DNA of 64,000 nucleotides from Litorivicinus sp. (GCA_028339155.1 JAOLBK010000002.1:115366-179365); one strand, 5' to 3'. Shown: positions 37,225-48,668, numbered from the stretch's first letter. Program-made: numbers and translations. The notes: generated by a model not told the origin, from the letters alone.

Positions 37225-38808
37225 ATGATTTTTTTCCGACTTCTCGTTCCATTTATTCTTATGTTCTCTGCGCAGGCATTTCCTGCGTTAGATGGTCAAG
37301 CACTAGCAAAAGCATCGTTCAAAGAAAAAATGATCTTCATAGAAATGTTGACTATGGATCCATCGGATAAAGCATCAAAAGTTCTGCAATATTGGCTGGA
37401 CGGAGAATTGGCATATTGGCCTAAAATCGGAGGCATGGTTAGAAATGTTAAAGAAGGACGGAAATACGTTCTAAAAGATTTGATGACAGGTAAGGAATTA
37501 GAAACTGTTGTATCCAAAAAAATAACACGGGTTAAGACGAATAATCGTCTCCGGGCTGAGCTGAAGCAAGTCATCGGATTTCGAAAAATTGCATCACCTG
37601 ATGTGGAAGTTAGATATGCGGCGGTTCTAGAATTAATGAGGCAGCCCAATCTTGAATTGTTGCCTAAGCTTCTGGATCGAGAGTTGGTTGAGCCCGATTT
37701 ATCAGTGAATACGAATCTATCGATTTTAATTGGACTTACACAATTAGAAAGTAGTGACTCATTCGTGCAGCTCGAAGGGTTGGAGCGAATTACCAACGTT
37801 CTCTCTCCTGAGGTGAAAGATGTTTTAAACCGATTTTTATTGCGTGGCGATTTAGACCGTATTGTGGTCGATAGGGCGGCTGAGATATTGGTAGATATGG
37901 AGCGTCAGCTCTCGTACTGGGGCATGGGCCAAAATCTTTTCTATGGATTGTCCTTGGGTTCGGTTTTACTTTTGGCTGCGATTGGTCTTGCGATCACGTT
38001 TGGTGTGATGGGTGTGATCAATATGGCGCACGGTGAGTTCATTATGCTGGGTGCATATACAGCATTTGTAGTCCAGCAATTCATCCCCGGAACCAGTATT
38101 TGGTCGTTAATAGTGGCAATTCCTACAGCATTTTTAGTATCTGGTTTTTCTGGAATTATTTTGGAGCGCAGTGTCATCCGTCATTTATACGGTCGCCCAT
38201 TGGAGACATTACTCGCGACAGTGGGTGTGAGCCTAATCCTTCAGCAGTTGGTCAGATCAGTTTTTGGCCCACTGAATCAATCGGTTATTACGCCCGATTT
38301 ATTGAGTGGTTCGCTGAATATTAATGCCGCATTTTCAATGACCTACAACAGAATTTTTGTGATTATCTTTGCGATCATAGTATTAATCTCTTTGTGGTGT
38401 GTAATGCAAAGAACTACGTTTGGTATGCGCATTCGTGCGGTCACAATGAATCGGGGTATGGCCAGCTCAATGGGTATCCCAACCAAGCGGATGGATGCAA
38501 TGGCATTTGGACTTGGATCTGGAATTGCCGGAATGGCCGGGGTGGCGCTGTCTCAGCTAACAAATGTTGGCCCTAATCTTGGGCAGGCCTATATTGTTGA
38601 CTCTTTTATGGTGGTCGTATTCGGGGGTGTCGGAAATTTACTGGGTACTGTCGTTGCGGCATTTAGCCTTGGCGTGGCTAATAAGATAATCGAACCGTTT
38701 AGTGGCGCGGTCCTCGCTAAAATTTTCATTCTTGTGTTCATCGTTTTATTTATTCAAAAACGTCCTCGAGGGCTATTTGCTCTTAAAGGCCGGTCAGTTG
38801 AGGACTAA
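37225..38808 (+). CDS. urtB: Urea ABC permease
   Basis: GLAITFGVMGVINMAHGE, RPLETLLAT, NNRLR N-domain. Confidence 0.93.
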   Translation: MIFFRLLVPFILMFSAQAFPALDGQALAKASFKEKMIFIEMLTMDPSDKASKVLQYWLDGELAYWPKIGGMVRNVKEGRKYVLKDLMTGKELETVVSKKITRVKTNNRLRAELKQVIGFRKIASPDVEVRYAAVLELMRQPNLELLPKLLDRELVEPDLSVNTNLSILIGLTQLESSDSFVQLEGLERITNVLSPEVKDVLNRFLLRGDLDRIVVDRAAEILVDMERQLSYWGMGQNLFYGLSLGSVLLLAAIGLAITFGVMGVINMAHGEFIMLGAYTAFVVQQFIPGTSIWSLIVAIPTAFLVSGFSGIILERSVIRHLYGRPLETLLATVGVSLILQQLVRSVFGPLNQSVITPDLLSGSLNINAAFSMTYNRIFVIIFAIIVLISLWCVMQRTTFGMRIRAVTMNRGMASSMGIPTKRMDAMAFGLGSGIAGMAGVALSQLTNVGPNLGQAYIVDSFMVVVFGGVGNLLGTVVAAFSLGVANKIIEPFSGAVLAKIFILVFIVLFIQKRPRGLFALKGRSVED

Positions 38809-38811
38809 GTT

Positions 38812-39921
38812 ATGCTGCTGATTTTTTTGAGAAAATTAATCTTGAGTTCGATTGCCGCTCTTTTAATGTATGTGTTCATTGCTAATGTTGTATTGCCTGA
38901 GTCATTTGGTCTGGCATTGGATTCATACACACTGACGATCATTGGCAAATATCTTTGCTTTGCGATGCTTGCTGTTGCATTGGATCTAGTGTGGGGATAT
39001 TGCGGTATTTTATCTCTAGGGCATACCGCCTTCTTCGCTCTCGGTGGCTATGCCATGGGAATGTATTTGATGCGTCAAATCGGTGATCGAGGAACGTACG
39101 GGGATTCTGAACTTCCCGACTTCATGGTCTTTTTAAACTGGGACGAATTGCCCTGGTTTTGGTTTGGTTTTGATCAATTTTGGTTCGCAGTTCTGATGGT
39201 GTTTTTGGTGCCGGGAATTCTTGCATTTGTGTTCGGATGGTTTGCTTTTCGGTCACGTGTTTCGGGTGTCTATTTGTCGATTATCACGCAAGCTTTGACC
39301 TATGCTTTGATGTTGGCTTTTTTCCGAAATGAGATGGGTTTTGGGGGCAACAATGGCCTAACTGATTTTAAGGATATTTTGGGGTATTCAGTTAGCTCTC
39401 CGGATGTCCGGGTGGCACTGATGCTGTTATCCGGGTGCGGACTAATCGGTTGCCTTTTGCTTTGTATGCAACTGATGAAAACCAAGTTTGGACGAGTTTT
39501 AATCGCGATTAGAGATAGTGAGTCTAGGATTCGGTTTTTGGGCTATCGTGTTGAGTACTACAAACTTCTCGTGTTTGTTATTTCCGCAATGATTGCAGGA
39601 TTTGCTGGGGCCCTTTATGTCCCCCAGGTGGGCATTATCAACCCCGGTGAGTTTAGTCCGTTGGCATCAATTGAGGTAGTTGTTTGGGTAGCTCTTGGGG
39701 GCCGCGGCTCATTGGTTGGGGCTGCGCTTGGGGCTATTGCTGTGAACGCAGCGAAAACCTTTTTTACGGGATTTTACCCCGAAGCGTGGTTATTCTTTTT
39801 GGGTGCGATTTTTGTGATTTCGACGCTTTACTTACCAAAAGGTATTTTGGGGGCCATCGTAGACTTGGGTGCTAAATACCAAAGCACACGTAGCACCAGT
39901 CTCAAGGAATCCTGCTCATGA
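38812..39921 (+). CDS. urtC: Urea ABC permease
   Basis: DLVWGYCGILSLGH, LPDFMVFL, GGNNGLTDF. Confidence 0.93.
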   Translation: MLLIFLRKLILSSIAALLMYVFIANVVLPESFGLALDSYTLTIIGKYLCFAMLAVALDLVWGYCGILSLGHTAFFALGGYAMGMYLMRQIGDRGTYGDSELPDFMVFLNWDELPWFWFGFDQFWFAVLMVFLVPGILAFVFGWFAFRSRVSGVYLSIITQALTYALMLAFFRNEMGFGGNNGLTDFKDILGYSVSSPDVRVALMLLSGCGLIGCLLLCMQLMKTKFGRVLIAIRDSESRIRFLGYRVEYYKLLVFVISAMIAGFAGALYVPQVGIINPGEFSPLASIEVVVWVALGGRGSLVGAALGAIAVNAAKTFFTGFYPEAWLFFLGAIFVISTLYLPKGILGAIVDLGAKYQSTRSTSLKESCS

Positions 39922-40667
39922 TCCCGACGACCTCAAGTGCCTTGTATCTTGATGGTATTTCCGTCTCGTTTGATGGGTTTAAGGCCTTAAATAACCTATC
40001 ACTCGAATTGGCTCTTGGAGAGCTGCGCGCTGTGATTGGCCCAAACGGGGCTGGTAAGTCGACCATGATGGATGTCATTACGGGTAAAACTCGACCAGAT
40101 ACTGGGACTGCATTATTTTTGGGGCAACATGACTTGACTCGTTTGGATGAGGCTCGGATTGCTAATTTAGGAATCGGGCGCAAGTTTCAAAAACCGAGTG
40201 TAATTGAGACACTGACTGTTTGGGAGAATCTCGAACTTGCTTTAGCTGGAAACAGAGCGCCTTGGGAGGCAATTTTTCGGATTATGTGTTCCCGCGATCA
40301 GAGCAACATTAGGGCAGTGGCTGAGCGCGTCGGTTTGACAGATACCCTAGCAAAGCTCGGAGGCGATCTATCGCATGGCCAGAAGCAGTGGCTTGAAATT
40401 GGAATGTTGCTTTTACAGGAACCGGAGGTTCTTTTGGTGGATGAGCCGGCGGCTGGGATGACAGACGCTGAGACGATGAAAACGGCTGAGCTGTTAAAGG
40501 GATTGGCCGGGGAGCATACGCTTATGGTGGTTGAGCATGACATGGAATTCGTGGAGGCTCTCGATTGCAAAGTAACGGTGCTCCATGAAGGACGGGTCTT
40601 GGCTGAGGGAAGCCTGTCTCATGTGTCATCTAATTCCGAAGTTATTGATGTTTATTTGGGCCGTTAA
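39918..40667 (+). CDS. urtD: Urea ABC ATPase
   Basis: SFDGFKAL, GPNGAGKS, GRKFQKP, LSHGQKQWLEIGM. Confidence 0.93.
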   Translation: MIPTTSSALYLDGISVSFDGFKALNNLSLELALGELRAVIGPNGAGKSTMMDVITGKTRPDTGTALFLGQHDLTRLDEARIANLGIGRKFQKPSVIETLTVWENLELALAGNRAPWEAIFRIMCSRDQSNIRAVAERVGLTDTLAKLGGDLSHGQKQWLEIGMLLLQEPEVLLVDEPAAGMTDAETMKTAELLKGLAGEHTLMVVEHDMEFVEALDCKVTVLHEGRVLAEGSLSHVSSNSEVIDVYLGR

Positions 40668-40669
40668 AA

Positions 40670-41365
40670 ATGCTGAAAGTTAGTCAGTTAGATGTGACCT
40701 ATGGCGCCAGTCAGGCCCTGTATTCGGTAAATTTTGAAGCTTCGGCTGGCGAGATTAGCTGCATTCTTGGCCGGAACGGGGTTGGCAAAACATCATTAGT
40801 GCGCGCAATCGCAGGTCGGCACTTTGGATCTTCCGGGTCCATCCAATGGAATTCAGAGGAAATACGCACCTTGGATCCGGCATCAAGAGCTAAGAATGGG
40901 ATTGCTTATGTGCCTCAGGGTCGGGAAATCTTTGCAAGATTAACTGTCAAAGAGAATCTCGAAATCGCGTTTGCGGCTGCTCCCAAAGGTCAGCGTTTTA
41001 TTGCTACCGATATTTATGATCTCTTTCCGGTCTTAAAGGAAATGCTCCATCGTCGTGGAGGCGACTTATCTGGAGGTCAGCAGCAACAATTAGCGATTGC
41101 AAGGGCGTTGGTGACCCGACCCAAATTGCTGATCTTAGATGAGCCGACGGAGGGGATTCAGCCTTCCATTATCAAGGATATCGGAAAGGTTTTGATCCTT
41201 CTTCGTGAGCGAGGAGATATGACGATTATCTTAGTTGAGCAGTACTTAGATTTTGCGCTTAACCTCTGTGATCGACTTTGCGTGCTGGATCGTGGTCGTG
41301 TGAAGTTGGAAGGTGCTATCGAGGACATCCAAATTGATGAGGTTAGGTCGTTGGTGACAGTGTGA
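40670..41365 (+). CDS. urtE: Urea ABC ATPase
   Basis: GRNGVGKT, YVPQGREIF, LSGGQQQQLAI, DEPTEGIQPSII. Confidence 0.93.
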   Translation: MLKVSQLDVTYGASQALYSVNFEASAGEISCILGRNGVGKTSLVRAIAGRHFGSSGSIQWNSEEIRTLDPASRAKNGIAYVPQGREIFARLTVKENLEIAFAAAPKGQRFIATDIYDLFPVLKEMLHRRGGDLSGGQQQQLAIARALVTRPKLLILDEPTEGIQPSIIKDIGKVLILLRERGDMTIILVEQYLDFALNLCDRLCVLDRGRVKLEGAIEDIQIDEVRSLVTV

Positions 41366-42219
41366 ATCAATCGATTTTCCCAAAAGACGACTTGTCGTGG
41401 CCGGCAAGTATTGATTGTGAATTTCATCTTGCAAGTACCGGACGAACCGAGCTTGCGAAACTGAATCATTTGGGTCCCTTGCGCGTTCAGCGGCTTTTTC
41501 ACGATGAATCATTGGCTCATTGTTATCTGCTACACCCACCCGGCGGCATGGTATCGGGTGATAATTTAAAGACTCGAATTCAATTGCATCCGGACTCACG
41601 GGCCCTTGTTACAACGCCGTCATCGGGAAAGTTTTATAAAGCACGCAGCAATGGTTCTTTGCAAACTACGTGCACATCAATAGTTATGGGTCCACGGACT
41701 TATTTTGCATATTTGCCCCAAGACACAATTGTATTTAATGGAGCATTTGGGGTCCTTCAAAATGAGATTAATTTGCCTTCTACCGCAACCTATTTTGGCT
41801 GGGAGCACATCGTTTTGGGGCGTTTGGCGGGGGATCATAAATTTGAGTCCGGACAACTGACTCAGATCTTTTCAATTATTAGAGACGGAAAGCTCCTGTA
41901 TCAGGATCGATTTGAAATGACGCCTGAAATTTTGCAGTCAATTGCAGGCCTAAATGGGTCCACGAGTTATGCCGTCGCTTTCCTAGTCTTGCCCGAATCT
42001 TTCAGTGAACAAGAGTCACTCATTTCTGTGTTACGTGAATTAGTTTCTCAATTTTCTGGATTCGCTGGCGTCAGTGCAGTACGCGCTTCATTGATCTGTA
42101 TTCGGTTGATTGGTGACCGAGCTGAGGACACTCGCCTAATACTTGAATCACTGTGGAGCGAAGTTGGCTCTGTAATGCTAGGTCGTGTAGTAATGCAACC
42201 AAGAATTTGGAGAACCTGA
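41362..42219 (+). CDS. ureD: Urease accessory protein UreD
   Basis: [34 protein letters not shown]. Confidence 0.9.
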   Translation: MNQSIFPKDDLSWPASIDCEFHLASTGRTELAKLNHLGPLRVQRLFHDESLAHCYLLHPPGGMVSGDNLKTRIQLHPDSRALVTTPSSGKFYKARSNGSLQTTCTSIVMGPRTYFAYLPQDTIVFNGAFGVLQNEINLPSTATYFGWEHIVLGRLAGDHKFESGQLTQIFSIIRDGKLLYQDRFEMTPEILQSIAGLNGSTSYAVAFLVLPESFSEQESLISVLRELVSQFSGFAGVSAVRASLICIRLIGDRAEDTRLILESLWSEVGSVMLGRVVMQPRIWRT

Positions 42220-42536
42220 TGGAATTATCACCACGCGAGAAAGACAAGCTTTTATTATTTACAGCGGGATTGGTGGCTGAACGACGGCTTTCACGCGGGT
42301 TGCGTTTGAATTATCCGGAAGCGATTGCTTTGATCAGTGCGGCAATCCTTGAAGGTGCTCGTGACGGGAGATCAGTCGCTGAACTGATGCAAGAAGGCCG
42401 GACAATACTCACCAAAGATCAAGTCATGGAGGGCGTCGCTGAGATGGTGGATCAGGTCCAAGTGGAGGCAACATTTCCTGATGGTACAAAGCTTGTCACG
42501 GTTCATGAACCAATTCAGGAGATATTGAGGTCATGA
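42219..42536 (+). CDS. ureA: Urease gamma subunit
   Basis: [32 protein letters not shown]. Confidence 0.96.
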   Translation: MELSPREKDKLLLFTAGLVAERRLSRGLRLNYPEAIALISAAILEGARDGRSVAELMQEGRTILTKDQVMEGVAEMVDQVQVEATFPDGTKLVTVHEPIQEILRS

Positions 42537-42850
42537 TTCCAGGAGAAAAACGAATTAAGCCGGGCGAGATTGAGCTCAATGTCGGATGTGAGACCTTGAG
42601 ATTGGTGGTTGCTAATTCTGGCGATCGGCCTATCCAGGTTGGATCACATTTTCATTTCTCTGAGGTAAACCCTCGGCTAGTTTTTGACCGTAAAAAGGCA
42701 CGAGGATACAGACTCAATATTGCAGCAGGCACTGCAGTACGTTTTGAACCTGGTCAGGAACGGACAATTGAATTAGTTGCCTTGTGCGGTGATCGAATTG
42801 TAATGGGGTTCCGTGGAGACGTCATGGGTCGTTTGGAGGGTGCTAAATGA
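42533..42850 (+). CDS. ureB: Urease beta subunit
   Basis: [28 protein letters not shown]. Confidence 0.96.
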   Translation: MIPGEKRIKPGEIELNVGCETLRLVVANSGDRPIQVGSHFHFSEVNPRLVFDRKKARGYRLNIAAGTAVRFEPGQERTIELVALCGDRIVMGFRGDVMGRLEGAK

Positions 42851-44547
42851 AGATTACTCGTGAAGCATATGCGGATCTTTATGGGCCTACAGTCGGTGAT
42901 TCGGTCCGTCTCGGGGACACAGACATTTGGGTGTCCCCTGAATCAGATTCAGCAATACCTGGTGAGGAAGTCACTTTTGGTGGCGGTAAGGTTATTCGAG
43001 ATGGTATGGGTCAGTCCCAACGAATCGGTTCGGAGTGCATGGATTTAGTAATCACGAATGCATTGATTATTGATTATTGGGGAATTGTGAAGGCTGATGT
43101 AGGCATCAAGGAAGGCAGAATTGCGTCCATTGGAAAGGCTGGTAATCCAGATATCCAACCGAAAGTGACAGTTGTGATTGGGCCAGGAACGGAGGTAATT
43201 GCTGGGGAAGGCAAAATTCTTACGGCTGGTGCGATTGATTCTCATATTCATTTTATTTGTCCACAACAGATCGAAGAAGCCCTGTCGTCAGGAGTCACGA
43301 CCATGATCGGTGGGGGCACCGGCCCTGCAACTGGGACAAATGCGACTACGTGCACCCCAGGCGCGTACAACATTGAGATGATGATGCGCGCGATTGAAGG
43401 GCAGCCAATGAATTTTGGTTTTCTTGGTAAGGGGAATGCAAGCAGTGAGCTTCCTTTGATGGAGCAGATTCGGGCAGGGGTTTGCGGGCTTAAACTTCAC
43501 GAGGATTGGGGTACAACGCCCAAAGCAATTGATACCTGCCTTAACGTTGCTGAAAAAACTGATACCCAAGTTGCGATTCATACCGACACACTCAACGAAG
43601 CTGGTTGCGTAGAGGAAACCATTCAAGCAATTGGCGGTAGAACCATCCACACTTACCACACCGAAGGCGCGGGTGGAGGGCATGCACCAGATATTATTAA
43701 GGCCGCAGGCCTGCCAAATGTGCTGCCGTCATCCACCAACCCGACTAGGCCCTATACAGTGAATACTGTTGACGAGCATCTGGATATGCTGATGGTATGC
43801 CATCACCTTTCCCCAACTATTCCAGAAGACGTTGCGTTTGCGGATTCGCGTATTAGAAAAGAGACGATTGCGGCCGAGGACATACTTCACGATAAAGGTG
43901 CTTTTAGTATGATTGCATCAGATTCCCAGGCAATGGGCCGCGTTGGTGAAGTAATTACTAGAACTTGGCAAACAGCGCACAAAATGAAAGCTCAGTTCGG
44001 ATCTTTAGGCGGAGATCCTAGCTGGAATGACAACATGCGAATCCGTCGGTACATCGCTAAATATACTATTAATCCAGCGATCGCTCATGGTATCTCGCAC
44101 GAAGTGGGGTCTATTGAAGTGGGTAAAATTGCTGATCTGGTACTGTGGAAGCCAGCATTTTTTGGTGCAAAGCCAGCGCTCATTCTAAAAAGCGGATTTA
44201 TTGTATCAGCACCAATGGGGGATCCGAATGCATCGATTCCTACGCCTCAGCCAGTACATTATAGAACTATGTTTGGAGGAATGGGGCAGGCCGCTGATCG
44301 ACTCTCTATGACGTTCGTTTCTGCTGCATCTATGCAGGCTGATAATCGATGGATGGCGGATACCAAGAGGAAACTTTCTATAGTTAAGAATGTGCGTGAA
44401 GTGACTAAGGCGAATATGCATCTCAACGATTATCAACCCGAAATTACGGTTGATCCTGAAACTTATGAAGTCCGTGCTGATGGGGAGCTTTTGGTTTGTG
44501 AGCCGGCAAGTGAACTGCCATTGGCTCAGCGCTATTATCTCTTTTAG
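42847..44547 (+). CDS. ureC: Urease alpha subunit
   Basis: [35 protein letters not shown]. Confidence 0.98.
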   Translation: MKITREAYADLYGPTVGDSVRLGDTDIWVSPESDSAIPGEEVTFGGGKVIRDGMGQSQRIGSECMDLVITNALIIDYWGIVKADVGIKEGRIASIGKAGNPDIQPKVTVVIGPGTEVIAGEGKILTAGAIDSHIHFICPQQIEEALSSGVTTMIGGGTGPATGTNATTCTPGAYNIEMMMRAIEGQPMNFGFLGKGNASSELPLMEQIRAGVCGLKLHEDWGTTPKAIDTCLNVAEKTDTQVAIHTDTLNEAGCVEETIQAIGGRTIHTYHTEGAGGGHAPDIIKAAGLPNVLPSSTNPTRPYTVNTVDEHLDMLMVCHHLSPTIPEDVAFADSRIRKETIAAEDILHDKGAFSMIASDSQAMGRVGEVITRTWQTAHKMKAQFGSLGGDPSWNDNMRIRRYIAKYTINPAIAHGISHEVGSIEVGKIADLVLWKPAFFGAKPALILKSGFIVSAPMGDPNASIPTPQPVHYRTMFGGMGQAADRLSMTFVSAASMQADNRWMADTKRKLSIVKNVREVTKANMHLNDYQPEITVDPETYEVRADGELLVCEPASELPLAQRYYLF

Positions 44548-44558
44548 AAGTACAGAAA

Positions 44559-45008
44559 ATGCTTGAACTGACCTCAGTTGCAAACCCCACCACTAGCTTC
44601 GACGTTACCGTAATTCTTGATTATGACTCACGAAAACGTGGTCGTTTAAAATCTTTGGCAGATACTGGTGAGGAAGTGAGGCTCTTCTTGGAGCGTGGTC
44701 AGATACTATCTGATGGTGATTGCCTCCTTGCAACCGATGGTCGAGTCGCAATAATAAAGGCAGCTAATGAAATGCTTTTCGAGGTACGCGGGAAAGACCC
44801 GCTGACGTTTGCAAAAATCTGCTATCACTTAGGTAATCGGCATACGCCGGTGCAGATTGAAGATCGCGTGCTTTGGTTTCAGTTAGATCACGTGCTGGCT
44901 GATTTGTGCCTAAGATGGGGTCTTGATGTGACTCAGGTTGATGCGCCATTTAGCCCGGAAACAGGTGCTTATCATGAACAGAAAAATGATCAGGGTCGTC
45001 ATGACTAA
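44559..45008 (+). CDS. ureE: Urease accessory protein UreE
   Basis: YHLGNRH, DHVL, APFSPETGAY. Confidence 0.92.
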   Translation: MLELTSVANPTTSFDVTVILDYDSRKRGRLKSLADTGEEVRLFLERGQILSDGDCLLATDGRVAIIKAANEMLFEVRGKDPLTFAKICYHLGNRHTPVQIEDRVLWFQLDHVLADLCLRWGLDVTQVDAPFSPETGAYHEQKNDQGRHD

Positions 45009-45017
45009 GGCTTTATT

Positions 45018-45662
45018 ATGAACTCATTTATTCATGCGATGCACCTGTTTTCCCCCAGTCTTCCTATTGGCGCATTTGCGTTTAGCCAAGGGTTGGAAGC
45101 GGCGATTGAGGCTAATCTCGTAAAAGATGAGCGAGATCTTGAAAATTGGTGCTTGGGTGTTCTTCAGTATTCAATGAGAACATTGGACTTTCGTTATGCG
45201 CGGGCATCCTATCGTGCGAAGTCAAAAATTGAATGGACTCAAATCAATGCTGCCATTCTTGCTTCGCGTGAGACGAAGGAGCTGTTGCTTGAGGATCAGC
45301 TTTTGGGGATGGCATTGAAAAAATGGGCATGTCAGCAAGGTGTTGAGGTCCCTGATACGACTGAGTATTCATTGATTGCCTTGTATGGATGGATCGGCTG
45401 CAAAATGAAGATACCGGAGGATTGGGTCGTGACGGGTATTGGATGGTCTTGGCTTGACAACCAAATGGTTGTGGCAGCGAAGTCTATCCCGCTTGGACAG
45501 ACGGTATTGCAGCGCGTAGTGAGCAAAATCAAGCCAGTGCTTAGTAATTGCGTACAGGATTCAATTGATGGAGCGGATATGCCGCCTGCATCAACTGTGC
45601 CGATGCTGACTACGCTGAGCGCACTTCATGAAACACAGTATTCGCGTTTATTTCGCTCATAG
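45018..45662 (+). CDS. ureF: Urease accessory protein UreF
   Basis: SPSLPIGAFAFSQGLE, IPLGQT, HETQYSRLFRS. Confidence 0.93.
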   Translation: MNSFIHAMHLFSPSLPIGAFAFSQGLEAAIEANLVKDERDLENWCLGVLQYSMRTLDFRYARASYRAKSKIEWTQINAAILASRETKELLLEDQLLGMALKKWACQQGVEVPDTTEYSLIALYGWIGCKMKIPEDWVVTGIGWSWLDNQMVVAAKSIPLGQTVLQRVVSKIKPVLSNCVQDSIDGADMPPASTVPMLTTLSALHETQYSRLFRS

Positions 45663-45671
45663 GAGAGTTGC

Positions 45672-46292
45672 ATGCATGCATTGCGCGTTGGAATTGGTGG
45701 GCCTGTTGGCTCTGGAAAAACATCATTGACATTAAATCTTTGTAGCGCGATGCGTGATCATTACGATATGGCTGTTGTAACTAATGATATCTATACTCAA
45801 GAAGATGCTGAATTTTTGACTAAGCATGGCGCTCTTTCTAAGGACAGGATTGTGGGTGTTGAGACGGGTGGTTGTCCGCACACTGCGATTAGAGAAGACG
45901 CTTCCATGAATCTTGCTGCGATCGATTCGTTATCAGCTAAACATTCTGACCTTGACATCGTGATTGTGGAGTCGGGTGGGGATAATCTCAGTGCAACGTT
46001 CTCGCCGGAATTATCTGATCTAACGATTTATGTGATCGATGTGAGCGCGGGCGATAAAATTCCAAGAAAGGGCGGGCCGGGCATTACAAAAAGCGATTTA
46101 TTGGTGATCAATAAAACGGACGTTGCGGCATTGGTGGGTGCGTCCCTTGACGTGATGGACCGAGATGCAAGGAAGATGCGAGGAGACCGCCCATTTGTTT
46201 TCAGTAATATGAAAACAGGACAGGGGCTTGAGGACATAATCGCTTTTATCGTTGATTACGGGATGCTCGAAGTCCATCATATCAAAGGCTGA
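45672..46292 (+). CDS. ureG: Urease accessory GTPase UreG
   Basis: [33 protein letters not shown]. Confidence 0.96.
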   Translation: MHALRVGIGGPVGSGKTSLTLNLCSAMRDHYDMAVVTNDIYTQEDAEFLTKHGALSKDRIVGVETGGCPHTAIREDASMNLAAIDSLSAKHSDLDIVIVESGGDNLSATFSPELSDLTIYVIDVSAGDKIPRKGGPGITKSDLLVINKTDVAALVGASLDVMDRDARKMRGDRPFVFSNMKTGQGLEDIIAFIVDYGMLEVHHIKG

Positions 46293-46467
46293 GAAGAGAA
46301 TTCTTAAGGGTTTCTGAGCTTCTTTTTAGGGCGCTTAACGCGTGCGGCCAGGGCTCTAAGCGTTCACTATTGCAATGTTATGGTGAGCGGAAATAAAGCA
46401 GATGGATATTTAGTTCGATTACTTATGATACCAAGACTATTGGATTTCATTAAGTTACAGTTGAAAG

Positions 46468-46899
46468 ATGAAAAAGAATTCTCTTTGTCAGTTATGTCTG
46501 ATTTTTTGCGGAGCACTGTTGGTAGCGTCAAATGCTCTTTCGCATGAGCAGGATCGTCTCAGTCAACTCCAAATAGCCAATGATGAGCTCGTAATGAGGC
46601 TGTCAGAAGTTATCAATGCAAATCAAAGGCTGAAAAAACGCTTAACTAGTCAGTGCGGATCAGCTCGTTCAAAGTGTCATGCCGTAACAGAGAATCGATG
46701 TTCTCCTGAGCTAATATTTGATCAGTTTATGGGCTACTCACGGAATGATCGGGACGATTTCCTCAAGCCGTGGCTGAAGCGATATGGTTTAAAGTGCTCC
46801 TCAGATGAACTCCATTACATCGAGACTGTACTGGTTCCGGAAATGACCTTCACTTCGGCTGCATTAGTTCTTTTGAAAAAGCTCAGGGCCGACCGCTGA
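46468..46899 (+). CDS. Hypothetical exported Cys-containing protein
   Basis: Signal peptide, coiled-coil segment, several Cys. Confidence 0.55.
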   Translation: MKKNSLCQLCLIFCGALLVASNALSHEQDRLSQLQIANDELVMRLSEVINANQRLKKRLTSQCGSARSKCHAVTENRCSPELIFDQFMGYSRNDRDDFLKPWLKRYGLKCSSDELHYIETVLVPEMTFTSAALVLLKKLRADR

Positions 46900-47012
46900 C
46901 AAAGAACTGCTTCCGCTGAGTAGTGCCTAGAAAAATATTTACAGATGCCTGATTAGGGCGTCAATGACGATGTTTTTATTGGCGAATACGCGGGACTTGG
47001 GGAAGCTTCAAA

Positions 47013-47627
47013 ATGAATACAGTTATTTTACGTGGGTTGTGTTTTGGTGCTTTGATGCTTGCGGAGAATGGGTTTTCGCATGGTGGCGGCCTGAATTCTG
47101 AAGGTTGCCACAACAACCGGGCAAGTGGTGACTATCATTGTCACCGAGGCAGTGAACTGTCTGATAATCAGCGGCCTATATTGATAGAGCCTGGGCGATC
47201 TTCATCAGATGCTGTCAATTCTATTATTCCTTATAAAAGAAATTTGTATGGTTATAAAAGCTATAAGATATCAGCCAGCCGAGGTTTCTACACCGAGGAA
47301 TCCTGTTATACCAATATAGATCATGTGGTTTCCTTGAAAGATGCACACGAGAGTGGAGCGGGCAGATGGGAGATGAAACGACGTGTTGAATTCTCCAATG
47401 ACCGACTAAACCATGTGCCATCGTGTCGCCGGGTAAATAGTTCAAAAGGCTCCTCTGTCCCAAGTGGGTTCTTCCGAAAAAGTGCTGACGGGCGAGGTAT
47501 GGAATATAAAATCAAGCGCCCGTGTGCTTATCTTGGAATTTATTATCAAGTGAAGATTAAATACGGGCTGTCGTTTGCGAATAATGATTTCAATCTCTTT
47601 GGGTCCTGTGGCTTGAAGATCCGTTGA
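47013..47627 (+). CDS. Exported YHYH-motif protein with His-Me (HNH-like) nuclease domain
   Basis: HGGGLNSEGCH...YHCH; IDHVVSL..AH.SGA..W...F.ND..N......VNSSKG. Confidence 0.7.
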   Translation: MNTVILRGLCFGALMLAENGFSHGGGLNSEGCHNNRASGDYHCHRGSELSDNQRPILIEPGRSSSDAVNSIIPYKRNLYGYKSYKISASRGFYTEESCYTNIDHVVSLKDAHESGAGRWEMKRRVEFSNDRLNHVPSCRRVNSSKGSSVPSGFFRKSADGRGMEYKIKRPCAYLGIYYQVKIKYGLSFANNDFNLFGSCGLKIR

Positions 47628-47723
47628 AAGGCGGTGCGCATAATTCAGTCGGGTAAGGCGATGCGTTGAACTGAAGAAGGTGCAGATATGAGCTTGATTT
47701 TAATTAATGAGAGGCTGTAGTCG

Positions 47724-48035
47724 ATGGAATTATTTGTTTTGGAATTCGAATTGAATCCTGAATTGGTTAATGACTGGGTCGGTTGGCTCAACGGCCCCGA
47801 AGGGTTACAGCTTAGCAAAAAAGCTCCGGGATTCGTTTCTGCTGAGTGGTCGATTACGGTGGCCGATGATGGTTGTGTCCGATGGCATCTTTGGGAGAAA
47901 TGGCATTCTAAAACATATTACGAGCAATATATTGCTCTCCCTGAGCGGCAGCCGGGAAGTAGTTTTTTGAAGGTTTTTGAAGCTGTTGCTGTGAGCAAGC
48001 CAAGAGAGTTATGGGGTGCTGTGGAAAGTGTTTAG
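47724..48035 (+). CDS. ABM-like (dimeric alpha-beta barrel) protein
   Basis: APGFVS...LWEKW.S...YEQY pattern. Confidence 0.6.
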   Translation: MELFVLEFELNPELVNDWVGWLNGPEGLQLSKKAPGFVSAEWSITVADDGCVRWHLWEKWHSKTYYEQYIALPERQPGSSFLKVFEAVAVSKPRELWGAVESV

Positions 48036-48225
48036 GAAATCAGCTCTCAAGCGCATGACTGAAACGATTATTTGCCGGTTTTTCATTTTGATGCGCTGCA
48101 CTTTTGGCGTTATTGCAGAGCTGTTTGCCACTATGATGACCGGCGAGCCTCAATTCTTTTCGTGTTATCGAGGTAATTCGTCGGCAATACAGGGGGACTA
48201 AAGTGACGATGGTTGTTGAATTGCT

Positions 48226-48495
48226 ATGATTCAAATATTACCCATTGATACGGACACGTTTGAGGTTGCCGTCAGTGCGCAGATACCCTCAGTGCATCGG
48301 GTGACTGTAACTGATGCTATTCATCGCGAGTACACTTCAGGCCGATTGACGAAGATAGAGCTTCTTGAGCGATCTTTTGAATTCTTACTCGCGAGAGAGT
48401 CGAATACGTCGATACTCAGTGAGTTCAGGATTGAGATAATTGAGATGTACTTTTCAGAGTTCAGGAACTGGATCGCAACTCACACTGTAAAATAA
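48226..48495 (+). CDS. Hypothetical protein (89 aa)
   Basis: H.VTV...SFEFLLARESNTSIL..F.I..I..YF pattern looks like a conserved small family. Confidence 0.65.
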   Translation: MIQILPIDTDTFEVAVSAQIPSVHRVTVTDAIHREYTSGRLTKIELLERSFEFLLARESNTSILSEFRIEIIEMYFSEFRNWIATHTVK

Positions 48496-48497
48496 GA

Positions 48498-48516
48498 AGG
48501 CTGCCCGGAAGCAGCC
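48498..48516. terminator. Hairpin between convergent genes
   Basis: GGCTGC-CCGGAA-GCAGCC. Confidence 0.5.
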
Positions 48517-48524
48517 CGGAAAGC

Positions 48525-48668
48525 TTACTTTTCTTCTTTACCAGCAGCATTCTCGTTTTTCTCGAACTCTGCTTTTTTTGCAATGTAATCCGCTTCGCTG
48601 AGTGAGTGCCAGCCGATGCAGTACCCAGTTGGTGATCGTCCGCATCCGCATTTTGCTTTTTCTGTCAT
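48525..48668 (-). CDS. Small CDGSH-like Fe-S protein (47 aa)
   Basis: CGCGRSPTGYCIGWH (3Cys-1His); AAGGA RBS before MTEKAK. Confidence 0.7.
   Translation of the reverse strand: MTEKAKCGCGRSPTGYCIGWHSLSEADYIAKKAEFEKNENAAGKEEK

Noticed and set aside
45695-45705. TGGTGGGCC match to the tRNA 3' end as a possible att site
   Set aside because: Only 9 bp and lies within the conserved ureG GGPVG codons
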